The notes under the pieces: model-generated
Databases searched by the model: none
What the model saw: only the letters and a program-made list of their open reading frames with translations
Told to the model about the DNA's origin: nothing
NCBI GenBank assembly: GCA_951406725.2
Contig: OX597827.1
Location: forward strand, 60,884,001-60,948,000
DNA: 64,000 nucleotides
Reading direction: 5' to 3'
Origin: Octopus vulgaris
Taxonomy: Eukaryota
Translations under genes and position numbers: made by a program
Shown: positions 1 to 13,790 of the stretch, one piece after another
Layout of the letters: every line of letters begins with the position of its first letter
How positions within the stretch are numbered: the first letter of the stretch is position 1

Positions 1-249
1 TAGAGTTCAGTGAGTAATTAGGTTTGTTGATTGAATAACAGAGCACTGCTCCTTCATAATCGTCAGGAGACTCTATCAAGTAGGATATAAACAAAACAGC
101 ACAATATATTTACTAAAACTTACTATTTGGTAACCAGATATATTTGCTCATTTTCTTCTTTTTTCTCCCGTTTATTATAATCCTTACTTTTCGTCAACAA
201 TTTCAGCAAATCAGTCAATAGTTTATTCTCTTTCTTTGTTCACAACTTC

Positions 250-570
250 TAGCAGATGTTCAACAAGACCATCTGTTGATCCTGTTCCTTAATGGATTGA
301 CACAAATCCTCAAGGACAGGCTGGTTAAACCAATTCTCATTAAACTAAACAGGTCAGCCAGAATGCAGGAAAACTGTGATGTCAAATTCCCCTTCTTGAA
401 ATGAGAAAACCATTTCTATGCAGTCATTTTCACAGCCATCCCTTCTCTGCACACAGATCACATTTCTCAAATGGTTTTGGCAGTTTTGGAATCTTTGTTA
501 AAAGCAAAGAAAAGTCAGCATTGAAAATGCTCACTTTTTCAACTTGGCACTCAATTGTTATATGTCTGAA
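250..570 (-). mobile_element. Decayed mariner transposase N-terminal (HTH) fragment
   Basis: Minus-strand translation with stops and frameshifts gives FAFNKDSKTAKTI..KWFSHFKKGN..HSG.P, which resembles the mariner N-terminus (WF.KF..G.FD....RSGRP). Confidence 0.7.
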
Positions 571-840
571 AAAGTGGTAAAATTTATTCAAAGTTAAAAA
601 ATAATAGACAGAAGTTGTAGAGGAAAAATAGAGCTACAAAGCACCATTTAACACAAGGATAAAAGTATTTTTTGTACTAATTCATTTATTCTTTTATTTG
701 TTTCCGTCATTTGACTGCAGACTTGCCGAAACACCACCTGTGTTAATGTGTGTACAACTGCCACCCATTTGGTTTACAGCAAGGCCTATATGAACTGGTA
801 CCCAGATCCAACATAATGTCTAAAAGGTTAATAATATATA

Positions 841-1356
<516 letters not shown>

Positions 1357-2644
1357 AAAAGTAAATGAATAAAAAAAATGGTAAGGTTGGTCTCAATTGC
1401 AATCTTCAGTCCAAGAGAGCAAAGGGTAAAAATTAGATCTCTCCTAAGCCTGTCTAGGATATGTCTGCTAACATGCCTGAAGATGACTAAAGCATCCTGC
1501 TTGCATTCACAATAACTTAAAATTCACATGATACTTAGTCACATCCTTTTTCAGTTCAAATACCAAGATCAACTTTGTCTATCATCATCTATTTAATAGT
1601 TAGCTTTTATTTTATATAATTTACTTGTTTCATTCATTTGATTGTGGCCATGCTTGGGCACCGCCTTGAAGGGTTTTAGTCAAACAAATTGACCCCAGGA
1701 CTTATTTTTTTGAAGCCTAGTAATTATCTTTTGCTTAACCACTAAGTTGCTGAGATCCTTTTCGGTCCTGACTGACCATGGATTGCATCTAGGAAGTTAC
1801 AGTCCCAAGCACAAGTCCGGGCAAGGTTGTTTATGGAAGACCAGCAGTTGCCTATGCATACCGGCCTCCCCTCTTCACGCCACCGATGTTATCCAAGGGA
1901 AAGGCAAAGGGGCCGATATAGCTTGGCACCAGTGACATCGCAATTCATTTCTACAGCTGAGTGAACTGGAGCAACGTGAGGGAGATAAACAGTAAAGAAT
2001 AAGTCCTGGGATCGATTTGCTGGACAGTGCTCCAGCATGGCCACAGTCAAATGCCTAAAACAAGTAAAAGAGTAGAGTATATATATATATATATATATAT
2101 ATGATGAGATTCCTTCAGTTTCCATCTATCAGATCCACTCACAAGGCTTTTGTAGAAGACACTTGCCCAAGGTGCCAAGCAGTGGGACTGAACCTAGAAC
2201 CATGAGGTTGAGAAGCCAGTTTCTTACTACACAGCCATATACCAACCTAATACTGAATTCAGCTTTTATCGACTAAAAACCACCCACATTCTGCCTTATG
2301 ATTTAAATCTTAATTTAGAATAATTTTCTACACCTTTCAATTTTGATGAATGTTTATCGTCTTTAAGACCTTGAGCATATCTAAGATATCAGAAAACAAA
2401 AACTATGACAATAAAATAATGATGAATTATAAAACTGGGTTTCAGCAAGCTTATGACTGGCCCTAACTTTGTGTCTTTCTCCTTTTTATTATCGTATAAC
2501 ACCTGCCAGTACATGTAAACTTTTAGTTGTTAATGTTTGTTTGCTGATAACGAATGATCTTGTTATCAAAATATTCTGTCCAACTTCTACTATTTTCCCA
2601 CATCCATTATGATCTTCATTACTGGTGGTGATGCTCTACAACAA

Positions 2645-2985
2645 ATCTACCACCACCACCATTATCACCACCGCCATCATACCACAGCCATCACCACCAC
2701 TGCCACCACCACACCACTATCCCCATCACAACCATCACTACCAATACCACCACCACTACAACTGCCACCACCACCGCCACCACCATTATCACCACTGCCA
2801 TCATACCACAGCCATCACCACCACTGCCACCACCACACCACTATCCCCATCACAACCACCACCACTACAACTGCCACCACCACCACCACCATTATCACCA
2901 CTGCTATCATACCACAGCCATCACCACCACTGCCACTGCCACCACCACAGCCATCATCACCAATGCCACTACCATCATCACCATC
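2645..2985. repeat. (CAC/CAT)n low-complexity tract with roughly 100-130 bp higher-order duplications
   Basis: CACCACCATTATCACCAC..CATCATACCACAGCCATCACCACCACTGCC recurs three times. Confidence 0.85.
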
Positions 2986-3925
2986 GCTGTGAACAATAAA
3001 GAGTGAGTCCACAATTGGCAGGTTCAAATTGCACCGGATAATCCATTGGTGCGACCCTGACAGCAGCTACTACACTGACCTAGGACAATAGTGACTATAA
3101 ACCTGGGGACAAATGTGGAGGTTCATGGCTTAGACTGTGGTTCATAGCAACTATCTTCACTATCACCACTACTACCACCACCACCGCCGCTGCTGCCACT
3201 GCTACTACTAGTGCCATGACGACAACCACCACCACCATTGCCACCTTATTTCATTCAAGATAAGACAAACATCTTGGTCTTTTTTTTAACTATCTTTACA
3301 CACACACACATGCATAAACAACCACATACACTCACACACACACACACACACAAATCATACATGCACATACACACAGAGCATCATGCATGCATTTTAATTT
3401 CACGATGCAGTTGTTTGTTTGTCTGTTTTTGTTTGTTTGTTTCTTTCTTTCTTACTTTTATGCGAATGGTGTCAGAACATTTGACACAGTTCTTCTTACT
3501 AACTCTTTAATTAAATTGTTGACTTTACACAAACCATTATTCTCAAAAATTTACTGCAATACAGCAGATCTGTGAATGGGATTGGCTGTGTGGTAAGTAG
3601 CTTGCTTACCAACCACATGGTTCCATGTTCAGTCCCACTGTGTGACACCTTGGGCAGGTGTCTTCTACTATAGTCTCGGGACGACCAAAGACTTGGGCAT
3701 CCCAAAAAACTGAGGTCATCGTCTCCCCTGCAGATGAAACAACATCAGTCATTTCACTGCGGCCACACTGGAGCACTGCCTTTAGTCAAACAAATTGACC
3801 TTAAGACTTATTCTTTGCAAGCCTAGTACTTATTATATCGATATCTTTTGCTGAACCACTAAGTTACGGGAATGTAAACACACCAACATCAGTTGTCAAG
3901 AGATGGTGGGGGAACAAACACACAT

Positions 3926-3989
<64 letters not shown>

Positions 3990-4370
3990 ACAACAGGCTT
4001 CTTTCAGTTTCTGTCTACAAAAGCCACTCACAAGGCTTTGGTTGGCCTGAGGCTATAGTAGAAGACATTCGCCCAAGGTGCCACACAGTGGAACTGAACC
4101 TGGAACCATGTGGTTCATAAGCAAGCTACTTACCACACAGCCACAAATCTTTAATAAAACATATACATATACACATTTTCATATGTAAGTATGTATGTAT
4201 CTATATATCTGTCTATATACATAAATTTACAAACACACACACACATTGCTATTTGACTATCTTGGGTCATTGACCAAAGGAAGTCATACTATGTTTAGTT
4301 TGGTTGAGTGAAAGCAAATCCTGTATTCAACAATAGCCTATTTATATATGTATGTATGTAGGAGTATGTA

Positions 4371-4407
<37 letters not shown>

Positions 4408-4979
4408 ATGTGTGTGTGTGTGTGTATGTATAAGTCTGTGTAAGTGTGTTGTATTGTGTGTGTGTGTATGTAGATGTGTTTTGTGTATGTGTGTGTGATT
4501 AGTGCTGACTATTGCAAGAAAGCCATCCAGAGTATTTCATTAAACTGCATCTGGTAGCAGGGCCTTGGTGTGGGAGTTCTGGGGTTTTGAGGAGTGTGGA
4601 ATGTGTGTATGTATGTATGTATGTGTGTGTGTGTATGTATGTATGTATGTATGTATGTATGTATGTATGTATGTATGTATGCATGTATGTTTGTATGTAT
4701 GTATGTATGTATGTATGTATGTATGTATATATGTATGTGTCTGTGTGTATGAATGTATGTAGGTATGTATGTATGTTTTTTATATATATCTGTTCAGTTT
4801 TATTTCAAGATTTTATTTCAAGATAGAGAGATGGCCAGTTTCTAAGCTTGATTCAAGGCTCCTTCATTGGAATTTCAACATCAACAGCAGGGTATTGTTG
4901 TATGTATGTATGTATGTATGTATGTATGTATGTATGTATGTATGTATGTATGTATGTATGTATGTATGTATGTATATGT

Positions 4980-5530
4980 GCAGATTTGTATGTTTTGCTT
5001 TATGTATGTATTCTCATGCATATAGTTGCATATCTAGACATGCTCATATACATTTAAATGATGAACTTCTGGAAAGTTTTACAGATTTTTACTGTTCCAG
5101 TGATGGACTGGATCTGTAGTCTTCAAATTAGCTTTCTCCTTTCTGGTTTCGAGAAGCCTAATTCCTCAAGATTGGTTTTTAGGCAGTGTGTTACGTATCC
5201 CAGGACCCCAATAATTACAGGTATAAGCCTGAACTTGTAATCTGGATACAGTAACTGCAGATTTCTCAATAGTTCAGCATAGAAGTTCTCTTTTTCACTG
5301 ATCTTCAGCTTTATGTTAACATCCGCTGGGCAGCTGATTTCTTCAACTGTACACAGTTTCTCTTCTCTATTCCAAATCATTATATGAGATCTGTTGTGCT
5401 TACATTTTATTGAGGTCTTCACTAGTACATTCCACTAGTACTCCTACCATATGGTGGGTTCTTATTTCTTTGTCCTTGGTCCTATCCTTACGACAGATTT
5501 CATTATAGAGTGTCCTATCTACATGTATAT
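4980..5530 (-). mobile_element. R4/Dong-type non-LTR retrotransposon 3' fragment (restriction-like endonuclease domain)
   Basis: ORF 5123-5422 reads HNRSHIMIW..EISCPADVN..EKENFYAEL..IPVIIGVLGYV, matching the RLE pattern NRPDI..P.D.N..EK..Y..L..P..IG.LG. Flanked by (TATG)n. Confidence 0.8.
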
Positions 5531-6435
5531 GTACATGTGTATATATGTATGTATGTAACCAAAAATAAGCAACAAGAATAGATCCGGTAATTTAGTACAA
5601 TTGTTTCATACTATAACAATTTATTAAAGCTGCAAATATTACACCAGATATAAAATGTCAAGTAATCTTCAGCTAATTTCATATAGGTTTTCCAATAATG
5701 TATGTATGTATGTATGTATCTGTGTATGTATGTGTATGTATGTATATGTATGTATGTGTATGTATGTATATGTATGTGTGTATGTGTGTATGTATGTATG
5801 TGTGTATGTGTGTGTGTGTGTGTGTGTATGTGTGTGTGTGTGCAGTGGTAAAACATACAGTGTCACTCCTATAAGAAACGGAATTAGCAGAGTCATTGAT
5901 ATGTTGGAATTGAAAGGATGGCAAATGGTAAAAAATGGCAATTACAGCAGATGACGTTTCAAGTTGCAAATTCCCGATTGAGATGATGACGTATTGGACT
6001 AGTGTTTTCCTACCGGAACCCATGTGAGCTCAGGAGTTCATATAAGGTCTTGTTGTTAAAATTTATGAACAATAAAAAGGTTATACATTTACAAAACACA
6101 AAATACTTTTTAGCAATTTTTTACTACAATTACTAATAATATTTTATAATAAAAAATATAATAGTGTGTGTTTTTATTTAACATGGGGGAGGTGTTGAGG
6201 TTCAGCAGAGCTAAAGATGTCAAAGAAGTCCATAGGTAAAACGAAGTTGAGTATGTTAGACAGAAACCCATGTGTGGTAAGTAGCTTGCTTACCAACCGC
6301 ATGTTTCCGGGTTCAGTCCCACTGCGTGGCACCTTGGGTAAGTTTTTTTTCTTCTACAGCCTCGGGCCGACGAAAGCCTTGTGAGTGGATTTGATAGACG
6401 GAAACTGAAAGAAGCCCGTCGTATATATATATATA

Positions 6436-6850
6436 TAGGAGTGGCTGTGTGGTAAGTAGCTTGCTTACCAACCACATGGGTCCGGGTTCAGTCCCATTAT
6501 GTGGCACCTTGGACAAGTGTCTTCTACTATAGCCTTGGGCCGACCAAAGCCTTGTGAGTGGATTTGGTTGACGGAAACTGAAAGAAGCCCGTCGTATATA
6601 TGTATATATATATGTATGTATGTGTATATGTGTTTGTGTGTCTGTGTTTGTCCCCCCAACATCGCTTGACAACCGATGCTGGTCTGTTTACGTCCCCGTC
6701 ACTTAGCGGTTCGGCAAAAGAGACTGATAGAATAAGAACTGGGCTTACAAAGAATAAGTCCTGGGATCGATTTGCTCGACTAAAAAAGGCGGTGCTCCAG
6801 CATGGCCACAGTCAAACGACTGAAACAAGTAAAAGAGTAAAAGAGAGAGA
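6436..6850 (+). mobile_element. SINE family A, near full-length, preceded by a partial tandem copy (6270-6435)
   Basis: Consensus head TAGGAGTGGCTGTGTGGTAAG..GGGTTCAGTCCC and tail GAAACAAGTAAAAGAG. Confidence 0.85.
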
Positions 6851-6914
6851 GAGTGGCCTGTTAAAGAGCCATGTATACTGAAAAATAGATAATACATAGG
6901 ACTGAGGTGTAATC

Positions 6915-7233
6915 AATAGCAGCCAATCAGAAACGTGTATTTAAAAACCAACCCACCAACGAGTACTAGCCGCCTTGTGCAAAACAAAACGTAAGGTGTC
7001 TGAGACACGTACATGCACGCCTCTACTTAATTCATTTCCCCCCCGAATTAGTCTGATTCTTTTCTTTTCATTTATTTTTAATCAGTTGTTTATCATTCGC
7101 CCAGATCTGAAACACCCCCCTCTCCTCCTTTATTTACATTCTTTCTATTCATCCTGTTTCAATTAGAGGCAAGTTTGGTTTCACTGATCAAGTGATAACA
7201 GGATTAACTGGAATCTAAAACTGAAAGGTAAGA
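6915..7233 (+). promoter_or_regulatory. Candidate promoter and non-coding first exon of the sideroflexin gene
   Basis: AGCCAATCAG CCAAT box at about 6921, a repeat-free and relatively CpG-retaining stretch, and a strong donor AAAG|GTAAGA at 7227/7228. The first coding exon starts AG|ATG, so an upstream exon is expected. Confidence 0.4.
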
Positions 7234-8902
7234 AGTGTCTTGTGTCCCTTGTAAGTTTTTAACATTTGTTTGCTAAATAGAAATCCGTTCCCTACGACTC
7301 CCCCCTACCGCCTCCCCGCATTCGATTTCATTAACGAAAATGTCATTGCATCATTCTATGTCTTGTCAGCAAATTTTAAGTAAATTTTTCGTAAACACAT
7401 TGTTTTTATATAATATTTGCTCGCTGACATGGAACTTTTCGCTTCAGGGACTCTTTTTATTGACATTATTAAATAAAACAATCTCAGTAAAGTCTGGAAC
7501 AACGAAATACCTCATCTCTCCTTGCCCTCAGAAATCATTTCTGATGCTTATATAAGCAAACAACGTATTTTCTACGTCGAAACCTATACGAGGTCTCACA
7601 GCCTGTTAGAAATAACAGTCAAATCTTGCCTCATTTATCCTCCGATTTACAACCTCCCGTTTAATTAATAGGGCACTATGTCAGATTATGTAGTCCCAAT
7701 TATTCTGCGTGAATGAGAGTGGTATTATTACGGCTGTAATATGTTTTATCTTAGAGGTCAAATCCCACCGTAGGCTGAACTGCAGCTGAAACAAAAACAA
7801 CAATTTATATTTATTTCTTAGTTCAGTTTTGCTTCTCTGCCAAAAATTCGCTTTCGATTAGGTCATTAACAAACCCCCATTCTCCGAAAAATGCACCGAT
7901 TGTTACACACACGTTTCCTTCTAACAAAATAGATTTCTCATTTAACTTCCAGTGCTTATGTATCAGACTATGTATGAAATTAGAGTCGTTCTTTCTTTGG
8001 TAAGTATGTGTGAATGGGATTTAAATTACTTCGCCATGTAAGCATATTACATATGCTACCACAACAACGTGTTCGTCTTTGCTTGTTTCTTCCTGGTTCA
8101 CTTACACACTCATACACAAAATCAAACGGACCGTTTCAAGCGACATAATTGCGTTGGCATAACTACAGATGTGTGCCACCTTCGATTTTGTTGTTGCTTC
8201 GTAACTTCCAGAAGACAGCAAAGTCGTGGGAATGGGGGTACACCTCTGTAGTTATGTCGCCTTCGAAATGGATGGCATCTTTTTATGAAAATAAAGTTTT
8301 GAAAATTTCATCACCTTTTGGCCTTTTTGGCCTTTTTGTGCACTTAAAAATCATGGAAGAGCCTTTTCGGTAAAAAAAGAAGAAAGAAAATGTAAATATT
8401 TTCAGAGGGAAAGATTTGCGATGTAAGGTAGATTTGGCTGTTGTTTCTAGCACATCCCAAGACCACCATATTCGTTTTCACCCTCATTGATGTTTTTTTC
8501 AATATTTTCTTCCATCAAACACATTTTATGAAATGATGATGCCGAAGTAACACACGCGTGGTCCACTGATGATGAAGGGGTGGATAAACAAGAGTTACAT
8601 GTACTTTTAAAGAAGATCGAAAAAAAACAACATTGATATTTCGTATACTTCATTGTGATTATCGATTACATCACCAAACGGCAGTTGAAAATCAAGCCCT
8701 AATTTTCTATGTCAGCTTCCCGCCCCTTTTGTTCTCTGATGACCCTTTGATCATTGACCGTAACAATTTTCTATCTCCGAGAGGTGAAGAATTAATTTTG
8801 TCCTCGGACTAGAATCCGAAGGGTTGTCTGAAGCTACGGCCTTCGTGGATGCGAAACCATTGGTCATTCTATGACCGGACCACCCTTCGACTTTTTTACT
8901 GA

Positions 8903-9134
8903 GGGCGGCGAGCTGGCAGAATCGTTAGCACGCTGGGTGAAGTGCTTAGCAATATTTCATCTGCCGTTACGTTCTGAGTTCAAATTCCGTCGTGGTCGAC
9001 TTTGCCTTTCATCCTTTCGGTGTCTGTTAAATAAGTACTAGTTACGCACTGGTGTCGATGTAATCGACTTAACCCCTTGTCTGTCCTTGTTTGTCCCCTC
9101 TATGTTTAAGCCCCTTGAGGGCGATAAAGAAATA
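8903..9134 (+). mobile_element. SINE family B (tRNA-like head, Nin/Deu-like central domain)
   Basis: GGCGGCGAGCTGGCAGAA..GAGTTCAAATTCC..GACTTTGCCTTTCATCCTTTCGG..TAAGTAC. Other copies at 16168, 17653, 19673, 20229, 39103 and 41600. Confidence 0.8.
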
Positions 9135-9244
9135 TATATATATATATAACACAGCTTTATTTTGAGATCGCTAGTATTAATACTCGCAAAAAATACAGAC
9201 TGGAGTTGTGCTCCAAGTGAGCTATATTTCACTTCTTAATTTGA

Positions 9245-9576
9245 ACGGAGTTGGTAGTTCGATGGACTTCAAGCAAAGGTACCGGTGCCATCTGAGTTCT
9301 TTTAACAATCCTAACTATAGGACATCTACGGCATTGGCATCATATGTAAATGACCTTAAAGAAAGGAATGTTGCATTCAGATTGTCATGGTCTATACTTG
9401 CACACGCTTCCCCATATGGAATTGGATCCACGAGATGTAGTTTGTGCACCAGAGAAGCATACTTTATATTGAAAAACTATAATCATGCAATGTTGAATAA
9501 ATTCACTGATTCAATACCAGCATTTACACATAGGATCCACTCTACGTTCTTGAAGAAATTTAAAAATAAAAATTAG
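9245..9576 (+). mobile_element. Penelope-like element GIY-YIG endonuclease C-terminal fragment
   Basis: FKQRYRCHLSSF..STALASYV..LK..WSILAHASPY..RCSLCTREAYFI..LNK follows the PLE endonuclease pattern. Flanked by (TA)n. Confidence 0.8.
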
Positions 9577-9585
9577 AAATAATAA

Positions 9586-9625
<40 letters not shown>

Positions 9626-10324
9626 TAGTAACGATATGACAACAAAAGAATGAATGAGACCTCGATATTATGTAAATAGAGGAATTTAACTGTAATATAA
9701 TACGTGACAATTATTCAGTTGCCATGATACTCGGAGTTTTATTATGGCAACCGAATAATCGTCACATTTTATATTACAGATATTATATATATATATATAT
9801 ATATATAAAGATCCGGACTACATATATTTCATAGTAAGCAAAACCTTGGAAGTGGTAAATATCTAAGCGAGGTTTGTACTATAGAGTACTCGTCAGGCCA
9901 AGGGTTTTCTGATCGATTCTTCCATGTGTTAACAAGTACCTCCTTGCAACAATGTAAACTTTCATTCAATCAAGATACCCTTGGCCTGACAAGTAGCCTG
10001 CAGTATACACCTCGCTTGTTATGAAACATATCTAGCCCGGATCTTATCTATTCCATTCCTTAACTCTTGTCATTCTCATACACGGCAAGCCTGGTCATGT
10101 ACCGTTAAATATAAAAAGAACTTTTTTCAGTTTATCCTACTTTGATACAAAAAAATCCACAGGCATAGGAGTGGCTGTTTGGTAAGTAGCTTGCTTACAA
10201 ACCACATGGTTCCGGGTTCAGTCCCACGGCATGACACCTTGGGCAAGTGTCTACTACTATAGCCCCAGGCCGACTAAAGCCTTGTGAGTGGATTTGGGAG
10301 AAGGAAACTGGAAGAAGCCCATCG

Positions 10325-10373
<49 letters not shown>

Positions 10374-10374
10374 G

Positions 10375-10407
<33 letters not shown>

Positions 10408-10434
10408 GTGTATATATATATATATGTATATATG

Positions 10435-10469
<35 letters not shown>

Positions 10470-10647
10470 ATATATATATATCCCTCTCTCTCGGAGATGC
10501 ATAAGCACCTACACACACGGCAGTAACTTCCGCCTACCAAATTCATTCACAAAGCTTCGGTCGCCCAGGGGCTATAGCTAAAAGACACTTGCCCAAAGTG
10601 CCACGCGGTGGGACTGAACCCGAAACCATGTAGCTAGGAAGCGAGCT

Positions 10648-10723
<76 letters not shown>

Positions 10724-12058
10724 GTGTGTGTGTGTATATGTTTGTGTGTCTGTTTTTGTCCCCCCCCCCCAACATCACTTTACAACTAATGCTGGTGTGT
10801 TTACGTCCCCGTAACGCAGCGGTTCGTCAAAAGAGACCGATAGAATAAGTACTAGGCTTACAAAGAATAAGTCCTGGGGTCGATTTGCTCGACTAAAGGC
10901 GGTGCTCCAGCATGGCCACAGTCAAATGACTGAAACAAGTAAAAGAGAAAGAGAGAGAAACCTTCCATCTCACTAAACCACAATTGTCCCTGAAAGATGT
11001 TTTTTTTTTTAATATTTACTATGGATTGCTTGAAGCTAACTTTCTTCCTACACCTCGATCCTTTGATCTTATATATGAATGGTGTATGTATTTGTTGAGA
11101 GATATCTACAAAACATTATTGTAAATCCGGCATCTGTCTTCAGGGTGGAGAGATTGGCATCTACTGGTTCAGATCATAATGGAGGAAATTCAAGGGTAGA
11201 ATGGGTGAAGAAGATGAAGGCAAGTAGAAGTAGGTGGAAGGATAAATATATACTCTTTACTCCGTTTTACTTGTTTCAGTCATTTGACTGTGGCCATGCT
11301 GGAGCACTGCCTTTAGTCAAGCAAATCGACCCCAGGACTTATTCTTTGTAAGCCTGGTACTTATTCTATTGGTCTCTTTTGCTGAACCACTAAGTTACAG
11401 GGACGTAAACACACCAGCATTGGTTGTCAAGTGATGTTGAGGGGACAAACACAGACACACACATTTGTATACATATACATATATATGATGGGCTTCTTTC
11501 AGTTTCCAACTACCAAATCCACTCACAAGACTTTGGTCGGCCTGAAGCTATAGTAGAAGATACTTGCCCAAGTTGCCATGCAGTGGGACTGAACCTGGAA
11601 CCATGTGGTTGGTAAGCAAGCTACTTACCACACAGCCACTCCTGCAAAAACGAATATATATATTCGTTTTTGGAACAGTAAATAATGGTGTAGCATGTTG
11701 TAAATATTGGGTTTAAAAAAAAACCTTGGTTTGAGAAGGTTGGCAGCTAGGCATAGGACTTAAACCCACAGTGATACACACATACACACACACATATAGG
11801 TGCAGGTGTGGCTGCGTGGTTAGATGTTTGCTTCCTAACCACATAGTTTTGGGTTCAATCCCACTGCATGGCACCTTGGGCAAGTGTTTTCTACTATAGC
11901 CTTTCTACTAATGCCTTGTGAGTGGATTTGGTAGAAGGAATCTGAGAAATGCCCATCATACATGTGTGTGTGCGTGTTTGCCCCCCACCACTGCTTGGCA
12001 AGCAGTGTTAGCATGTTTACGTCCCTGTAACATAATGGTTTGGTAAAAGAGACTGATG

Positions 12059-12365
12059 TGGAGGTGCAATGGCCCAGTAGTTAGGGCAGTGGACTCGCGG
12101 TTGGACGATCGCGGTTTTGATTCCCAGACCGGGTGTTGTGTGTGTTTATTGAGCGACAACACCTAAAAGCACCATGAGGCTCTGGCAGGGGCTGGTGGTG
12201 ACCCCTGTTGTACTCTTTCGCCCCAACTTTCTCTCACTCTTTCTTCCTGTTTCTTGAGTAACGCTGCGATGGACTGGTGTCCCGTCCAGCTGGGGGAATT
12301 CATACCCCCACAGAAACTGGGAAACCGGGCCCATGAGCCTGGCTAGGCTTGGAAGGGGCACAGAA
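12059..12365 (+). mobile_element. SINE family C (tRNA head, Meta-like domain) nested in a family A SINE
   Basis: GGCCCAGTAGTTAGGGCAGTGGACTCGCGG head, GCTGCGATGGACTGG..CCCGTCCAG..GAAACCGGG core, and a flanking duplication AAAAGAGAC[T/C]GAT. Confidence 0.8.
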
Positions 12366-12857
12366 AAAAAGAGACCGATAGAATAAGTACCAGACTAAAA
12401 TTCTTCATGGCAGTGCCCCAGCATGGCCAAAGTCTAATGACTGAAACAAGTAAAGGATAAAAGATACATACAGAGAGGTAGAGAGGCAAACAGACAGACA
12501 GACAGACATGCACACATTTACGTATGTGCATGCAGTTATATATAATCTTCCATGAGGCTGCTTCCTGTTAAAATACTGGAAGAAAGGACAGAAAGGTTAC
12601 ATTCACTGAACACTTGTTGGTAAAGAGTAAAGTCAAAGCATCTCAGGCAGATAGGAGAGAGAGCTGTTGCCAGATTCTAGTTTTTTGGTCTGAGGTAGCA
12701 TGATGTGATGTTGGGAAGTGCAACTTTGCAAAGTATAAATAAGTTCTCTTTCTTTCTGTCTGTCTATCTTTCGCTCTCTCTATCTCCCTCTCTCTTTATA
12801 TATATGTGTGTGTGTGTATATATATATATATATTATATATAGTGTGTATGTATGTAT

Positions 12858-12982
<125 letters not shown>

Positions 12983-12983
12983 A

Positions 12984-13035
<52 letters not shown>

Positions 13036-13074
13036 ATATGTATATATATATATTTATTTATATTTATATATATA

Positions 13075-13790
13075 ACAGATTCCATCACATGCCAGGAGGA
13101 AAACCTAGAAGTAGTTGATAGCTTCTGTTACCTAGGTGACTAAGTCAGTAGCAGGGGGTGGATGCCCTTAGAGCGTAGCTGCTAGAATAAGAATAACCTG
13201 GCAAAGTTCAGAGACCTACCTCTGCTGATAACAGCAGACTATATGATGCATGTGTGCAAACAGCCATGCTACTCGGCAGTGAAACATGGGCTGCGACAGC
13301 TGAGGACATGCATAGGCTTGAAAGAAATGAAGCTAGAATGCTCCACTGGATGTGTAATGTTTGTGTGCATATACAACAGAGTGTAAGTGCCCTGAGAGAA
13401 AAGTTGGACATAAGAAGCATCAAATGTTGTGTGCAAGAGAGATGACTGCACTGGTATGGTCATGTGTTGCGTATGGATGAGGACAGCTCTGTGAAGAAGT
13501 GTCACACTCTAACAGTGGAGGGAACTCGTGGATGAGGTAGATCCAGGAAGATACGGTACGAGGTGGTGAAGCACGATCTTCGAACTTTGGGCCTCACAGA
13601 GGCAATGACAAGTGACTGAGGCCCTTGCAGATATGCTGCGCTTGAGAAGACCCGGCAAGCCAAATGAGATCGTAGCCATGGCCGATGCCAGTTTTGCATA
13701 ACTAGCTTGTTTAAAAGTACCCTTCAACTGTCGGGCAATATACTGTGCTTGAGATGACCTGTTGAGTCAAGTGAAATCGTATTCATGGCT
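13075..13790 (+). mobile_element. RTE-clade LINE 3' fragment (degenerate)
   Basis: [52 protein letters not shown], with stops and frameshifts. Confidence 0.9.

Noticed and set aside
188-565. Minus-strand exon of a third gene (AG/GT-like ends)
   Set aside because: The frame has multiple stops, and the translation matches a decayed mariner transposase.
4512-4545. QESHPE peptide resembling the human SFXN1 C-terminus
   Set aside because: A six-residue match upstream of the gene with no YFNKGL after it. The true last exon is at 38676.
8531-8640. C/D-box-like ATGATGA..CTGA and a short protein-like frame
   Set aside because: No terminal D box or closing stem was found, and the frame has no start codon or splice acceptor.
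8712-8800. U2 snRNA-like start (GCTTCCCGCCCCTTTTG) and Sm-site-like AATTTTG
   Set aside because: It lacks the invariant GTGTAGTA branch-pairing sequence, and the similarity is too short.
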